Shown here: positions 59,488 through 64,000 of the stretch, piece after piece
Layout: each line of letters opens with the position of its first letter
Numbering within the stretch: the first letter of the stretch is position 1
NCBI GenBank assembly: GCA_038065815.1
Contig: JBBTQF010000012.1
Location: forward strand, 1,663-65,662
Source of the DNA: Patescibacteria group bacterium
Lineage (GTDB): Bacteria > Patescibacteriota > Patescibacteriia > UBA9934 > CAMTUG01
Length of the DNA stretch: 64,000 bases
Reading direction: 5' to 3'
Made by a program: the position numbers and the translations under genes
The notes under the pieces: generated by a model
The model's input: only the letters and a program-made list of their open reading frames with translations
Databases searched by the model: none
What the model was told of the DNA's origin: nothing

Positions 59488-60609
59488 ATGTCGCTTACAG
59501 AAACCGCGCAAATCCAACAGATCATCACGCGAAGCCAACATCCGTTGGTCGTTGTTGCAAAACACGGAGGGATTGACGCGTTTGCCTCTGCGATTGGCAT
59601 GAAATTTGCGCTCGCAAAGATGAACAAGCCTGTAACTGTTGTGAGTTCCGCACCAGTCCCAAAGGCACTCGGTCGCATTGTGATCGGCGATCATGTACGA
59701 TCCGATCTCCCAAACATGCGAACGCTCGTCGTTGAACTAGACACGAGAGCGGTGCAAGCGACAGAAATCAAAAGGGAGGATGCGGACGGCCGCATCCGTT
59801 TTTTATTCACGCCAAATGTTGGAACGTGGAGCGAACAGGATATCAATGTCTCAACATCACCGTATCCGTATGACCTTGTAATATGCATTGGAGCAAGTGA
59901 TCTTGCGGGATGCGGAGAGATTCATACTGCCCATGCAGATTTTTTGTACCGCACACCTATCATTAATATTGATCACTCAACAACAAACGAACATTTTGGT
60001 CAGATGAACATCGTTGATTTGACAGCGACCTCTTGCGCGGAAGTTTGTCATAATTTGGTGAATGAGCTGTACTCGGAAATTATGGACGAGGAAATTGCAA
60101 CTCTTTTTTTAACAGGGATGATTGCAAAGACGAAGAGTTTTAAGGCGCGCAATGTCACACCAAAAACCTTAAACACTGTGAGCGCGCTGATCGAGAAAGG
60201 AGCGCGACGAGAAGAGATAATTACAAACCTTTATCGCGTACGTTCTGTCTCGACATTACGTCTCTGGGGCCGTGCGCTTGCTAGATTGAAGCATAATGTA
60301 GAATGCAATTTAGTCTGGACGCTTTTGTCTCAACAAGATTTTTTGCACGCTGGAGCTCAAGATGATGACCTGCTTGAGGTCGTTGATGAACTCATCTTTT
60401 CATCACCAGATGCAGAGATGGCCTTACTGCTATATGAAGATCATGATCGCAATATCAGATGCATTCTGCGCGTAAATCCTCCACATCACGCCACTCAACT
60501 TTTGAAATCTTTTTCTCCTTCAGGCACACACGAAGAGGCTCATGTCCGTCTGCAGAACATGAGCCTCGTGGAAGCTGAACGAATAATCCTTGACGCGTTT
60601 ACTCAGTGA
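59488..60609 (+). CDS. DHH/NrnA-like phosphoesterase, degenerate active site
   Basis: IDAFAS, INIDHST (DHH becomes DHS), GMIAKTKSF (DT becomes KT). Confidence 0.75.
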   Translation: MSLTETAQIQQIITRSQHPLVVVAKHGGIDAFASAIGMKFALAKMNKPVTVVSSAPVPKALGRIVIGDHVRSDLPNMRTLVVELDTRAVQATEIKREDADGRIRFLFTPNVGTWSEQDINVSTSPYPYDLVICIGASDLAGCGEIHTAHADFLYRTPIINIDHSTTNEHFGQMNIVDLTATSCAEVCHNLVNELYSEIMDEEIATLFLTGMIAKTKSFKARNVTPKTLNTVSALIEKGARREEIITNLYRVRSVSTLRLWGRALARLKHNVECNLVWTLLSQQDFLHAGAQDDDLLEVVDELIFSSPDAEMALLLYEDHDRNIRCILRVNPPHHATQLLKSFSPSGTHEEAHVRLQNMSLVEAERIILDAFTQ

Positions 60610-63088
60610 CCTCTTCATCAACCGTAACTTCCCCATCCTCCACTTCCGTTGCGGACTCCTCTCCTTCCTCAACTGGAGGCGGAATCGTTGTGGTGGATTG
60701 TCCTGACTTTAGGCGAGAGAGTCGCTCGATAACGAACTCATTTTCTGGGTTCAGATCAGCGACTTTTTGAATCTGTTCAATGGCGGCTGTGGAGTTTCCA
60801 CTGATCTCATACATGGAAGCAAGGTACCAACGAGCATTGGAGTAGTTTGAATTTAACCCGACCAAACGCTCCAGTTCCGCCTGCGCCAAGCTGTATTTCT
60901 GTTGACGGATGTACAACTGGGAAAGCTGAAAACCGATGCCAATGTCGAGTGGGGCGTAATCGCGTAGAGCGACCATGCGAGCAACTGCGTCATCAAGACG
61001 GCCTTGTCGCTCAAATACTGCCGCAAGATAATAGTGAGCTGGCGCGTAATTTTGTTTATAAATGATTGCTTTGTTAAACGCCTCTTCTGCAAGTGTAAGA
61101 TATTTCTTCTCCGACTCAACGGCTTGAGTCGCAAGCTCGGCATTTTCAGAACTCTTCAAGTCACTCGCGCGATCAGCTGTAACAAGATAGATACGTCCAA
61201 GGTCTGTATAGTGCTTTGGATTCGTTGGCTCCAATTCTCCTGCGCGGATAAAGGAAGCCGCGGCCAGATCTTCAGCTCCATTCACAAGTGGCATGAGTTC
61301 TCGATAGACCATCCCTCGCACAGACCAGTTATCAACGTTATATGGCTCGAGTGCGGTTGTTCGTGCCGCCGCATTGATGCTTGCGTTAACAAGAGCTTGA
61401 ATGAGCTGTGTCTGTTCCGGTGTTGCAGGAACGCCTGTCGCATTGATCTCCTGATAGACGTCTCGCACGCGCAGAAGAAGCGCGGAGCTCAAGTTTCGAT
61501 AGTAGACATCGCTCAACTGATTAAATGATGTCGCGGTCGCCAGTTTATTTACCACCTCCTCTGCAGAGGCTCCACTCCTATCCATGCGAACAGCTTGAGC
61601 AAATGCGACTTCTGAAGCATAGCGCTGACCTGTCACAAAGAGTCCACCAACAACGGCAACGGCCACAAGGATAAATCCAAATGATGTTGCAAGGCCAAGT
61701 TTTGGAGAACGTCCGAAATCTGTCTCCTTTACACGAACCATCACCTGACTTGCGATCAAACCAGAGAAGAGCCAGAACAAGAAGCTCAATGTCATGTTTG
61801 ATGTGTACAAAAATTGCAAAAGTAGAATGGTAGCCCACGCACAAAAGACGACATACGTCACACGCCACTCTTCATGATCTCGCTCACGCAACAAGCGACT
61901 CAAGGCCATAAGGGCGACCCAAGCGACAAAGGCAAGCCATCCAACTAACCCAAGAACGCCCATGGTCGTGAGAATTGTCAACGCATGCGACTTGGCACGG
62001 TCAAAATTCGTATTCCAGAAATCTGTCTGGCTCACGGCAGTGTCCTTAAACTCTGCGTAATCAAATGCGTACGTACCCGGACCAGAACCGACCAAGATCG
62101 AACCGATATTGCGCCCAAGAGTTTCTTTTGCAATAGAAAGACTCGCTCCAAACGACGGAGATACGACCGCTGGAAAATCCCAACGCAATGGCGATGGAAC
62201 GAACAGAAACAGAACACTCACAACCAACAAGAACAATGGGAGCGAGAAACGCGTTGTCCCCGGGAAATCTTTTTGTTGGATGAAAGCGAAAGCTGAAAGA
62301 AGAAGGATACCGAAGATCGTCACAATCCACATCACCCAATAATCTATCGCCACAAGCGCAAGGATCGTCAGAATAACCTGAACGATCATAAGGATGCGCA
62401 TCGTCTTGCCCCTACCACCATCTGGCATGATCGCGTCCTTCCCCGGACGGGTAACCAACCAGAGACCGAGACCAAGAATCATGACAACGACCATGTATGC
62501 AACAAAGCTGTTCATCGTGCCAACAAGGTTGAATCCACTAAACTTCGCGAATGAAAACGGTAGGATTCCGATCCCAATGAAACTCAAGATTGTGATGATG
62601 CCAGAGAGAACGGATGAAAGGACGGTTGCGAAAAAGAGATTACGTTGGGTAGATGTCTCGCTCATCGTATTCATGACAACGAAGAACAATACGAGGAACG
62701 TGGTAAGCGTCAAGAAGCTGGTATATTCCTGTGATGCTTGTCCAACCCATGATTGATAGCCAGACAGCGAAAGAATCGAAGAGGCCAGAACTATCAAAAA
62801 CCAGACACCTGGTACGACGTTTAACCAACCAGTACGAAACGACAACCTCTTCTCAATCACCATTGCGCCAAGCCATGCGACCAAACCTACTAACGTGAGC
62901 AGTACAAGCACTGTCTGTTTATTTATCTCTAGGTAGTTGGACGTGAATGGCAAAAAGAAGACCGGCAACAGAAATGTAAGCAAATACAGCGACCAACGAG
63001 TGATCACTTGATACATTCCGACATTCGTAAACGGCACTTTTCTCCTCCGTTGGGCCACACCGAGCCCGGAACTTGTAAGTGGTTCCAT
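60599..63088 (-). CDS. O-antigen-ligase-like polytopic membrane protein with C-terminal TPRs
   Basis: Many TM helices, GSGPGTY, TPR repeats (NYAPAHYYLA, NYSNARWYLA). Confidence 0.8.
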   Translation of the reverse strand: MEPLTSSGLGVAQRRRKVPFTNVGMYQVITRWSLYLLTFLLPVFFLPFTSNYLEINKQTVLVLLTLVGLVAWLGAMVIEKRLSFRTGWLNVVPGVWFLIVLASSILSLSGYQSWVGQASQEYTSFLTLTTFLVLFFVVMNTMSETSTQRNLFFATVLSSVLSGIITILSFIGIGILPFSFAKFSGFNLVGTMNSFVAYMVVVMILGLGLWLVTRPGKDAIMPDGGRGKTMRILMIVQVILTILALVAIDYWVMWIVTIFGILLLSAFAFIQQKDFPGTTRFSLPLFLLVVSVLFLFVPSPLRWDFPAVVSPSFGASLSIAKETLGRNIGSILVGSGPGTYAFDYAEFKDTAVSQTDFWNTNFDRAKSHALTILTTMGVLGLVGWLAFVAWVALMALSRLLRERDHEEWRVTYVVFCAWATILLLQFLYTSNMTLSFLFWLFSGLIASQVMVRVKETDFGRSPKLGLATSFGFILVAVAVVGGLFVTGQRYASEVAFAQAVRMDRSGASAEEVVNKLATATSFNQLSDVYYRNLSSALLLRVRDVYQEINATGVPATPEQTQLIQALVNASINAAARTTALEPYNVDNWSVRGMVYRELMPLVNGAEDLAAASFIRAGELEPTNPKHYTDLGRIYLVTADRASDLKSSENAELATQAVESEKKYLTLAEEAFNKAIIYKQNYAPAHYYLAAVFERQGRLDDAVARMVALRDYAPLDIGIGFQLSQLYIRQQKYSLAQAELERLVGLNSNYSNARWYLASMYEISGNSTAAIEQIQKVADLNPENEFVIERLSRLKSGQSTTTIPPPVEEGEESATEVEDGEVTVDEEVTE

Positions 63089-63172
63089 AACAGTACGGTT
63101 GATTAAGATGGGTTAAAGTTAGAGGCAGTTTAGCAAATATTTGCCAAATGGACTGTGGATAAGATGTTGACG

Positions 63173-63688
63173 CTACTCCCCAGATTTATACTGTGCAATC
63201 GCCTGTACAACCTTGGAATCAGGCTTCATCTCCTCAATAAACAGTATGTGATCCTTGTTGATGTCCATATAGTCCTGCGGACCATGGGCCTCGTTACCAA
63301 GTTTCACGAGCGACGTACCGGCTCCGGCCGATGTATCCTGCGGATTTTGTCGTGTGTCCAGATAAAAGACGTCAGTTAAGCGATAAAAATCGCCGTCTCG
63401 ATCATCGAGTAGGCCAAAATAGACCTGGCTATTATCAAGGAAAACTGCGTAATAGGTTCCCTCTACAACTGGAATTGACTCACCCGTCGTCCCTTGCAGA
63501 TCTCCAAGTAGATCATCGGGGCTCTCAAAGAGATACGTTTTCCCAAAATAAATGGCGGCGGCTATAAGAGCGAGAACAAAGAGAATAAGGAAAAATTTGC
63601 CAACTCGACTCTTTTTTGGTGGTATCGGCATTGGCTCATCAGGCCGACCAAACGGCATCGGACGACGAATCTTTGATTCGATGGACAT
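63173..63688 (-). CDS. Conserved CPR membrane-anchored hypothetical protein
   Basis: YYAVFLDNSQVYFG..LVKLGNEAHGPQD..INKDHILFIE. Confidence 0.75.
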   Translation of the reverse strand: MSIESKIRRPMPFGRPDEPMPIPPKKSRVGKFFLILFVLALIAAAIYFGKTYLFESPDDLLGDLQGTTGESIPVVEGTYYAVFLDNSQVYFGLLDDRDGDFYRLTDVFYLDTRQNPQDTSAGAGTSLVKLGNEAHGPQDYMDINKDHILFIEEMKPDSKVVQAIAQYKSGE

Positions 63689-63755
63689 ACTTTAAACATT
63701 TGAAATTAAGAGCAGAGAACACTTTATGATGTTCATTTTACACCAGCTCACCAAA

Positions 63756-63789
63756 AACCAAAACCCCGCCATCGGGCGGGGTTTTGGTT
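63756..63789 (-). terminator. Intrinsic terminator
   Basis: aaccaaaaccccgcc-atcg-ggcggggttttggtt. Confidence 0.75.
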
Positions 63790-63804
63790 CCCTATTCTGT
63801 GGGA

Positions 63805-64000
63805 TTACTCGCTAACTGGCGCGCTATCGGCTGGAGCCTCAACGGCCGGCTCCTCGGCTACTGGCTCTTCGGCTACTGGTTCCTCGGCTGGAGCCTCAAC
63901 TACTGGCTCTTCGGCTACTGGTTCCTCGGCTGGAGCCTCAACTGCTGGCTCTTCGGCTACTGGTTCCTCGGCTGGAGCTTCAACGGCCGGCTCCTCGACT
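63805..64000 (-). CDS. C-terminal low-complexity tail (AEEPV/AVEAP repeats) of a protein starting outside the window
   Basis: Tandem 15/42-bp coding repeats reading EEPAVEAPAEEPVAEEPV..., TAA at 63805-63807. Confidence 0.65.
   Translation of the reverse strand, partial: VEEPAVEAPAEEPVAEEPAVEAPAEEPVAEEPVVEAPAEEPVAEEPVAEEPAVEAPADSAPVSE

Noticed and set aside
63805-64000. Tandem repeats as a non-coding array
   Set aside because: Unit lengths are multiples of 3 with third-position variation, so they encode a Pro/Ala/Glu/Val tail.

Overview
This 64 kb window looks like a Patescibacteria/CPR chromosome, probably Parcubacteria or Uhrbacteria-like; this is inferred from gene content. It uses the standard genetic code (TGA stops, prfB present). 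1-7.5 kb holds the conserved CPR VirB4/PrgI/VirB6-like secretion-type cluster. 7.6-24.8 kb is a mosaic accessory region. It is punctuated by about 10 copies of an ATGGGGTCAGG(T/C)C...G(A/G)CCTGACCCCAT repeat family, whose arms also bracket a REP-associated-type HUH/Y1 transposase. It contains gene fragments that begin at repeats, a RelE-type TA pair and a sugar/nucleoside-phosphate enzyme block. It also contains a complete tryptophan T-box riboswitch (UGG specifier, UGGC bulge, terminator, sigma70 promoter) controlling a lone, divergent TrpD-like gene. 24.9-54.5 kb is mostly core: a giant Cys-rich protein, rsmA, tsaC, prfB with its +1 frameshift, groESL, yidC, nusA, tRNA-Val, tRNA-Leu, argS, tyrS and valS. 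It also has a 163-bp MITE and short palindromic elements inserted in-frame in valS and tsaC. 54.6-59.4 kb is a myxobacteria-like Ser/Thr kinase and FG-GAP lipoprotein island. All calls are by eye from motifs; no database searches were run.
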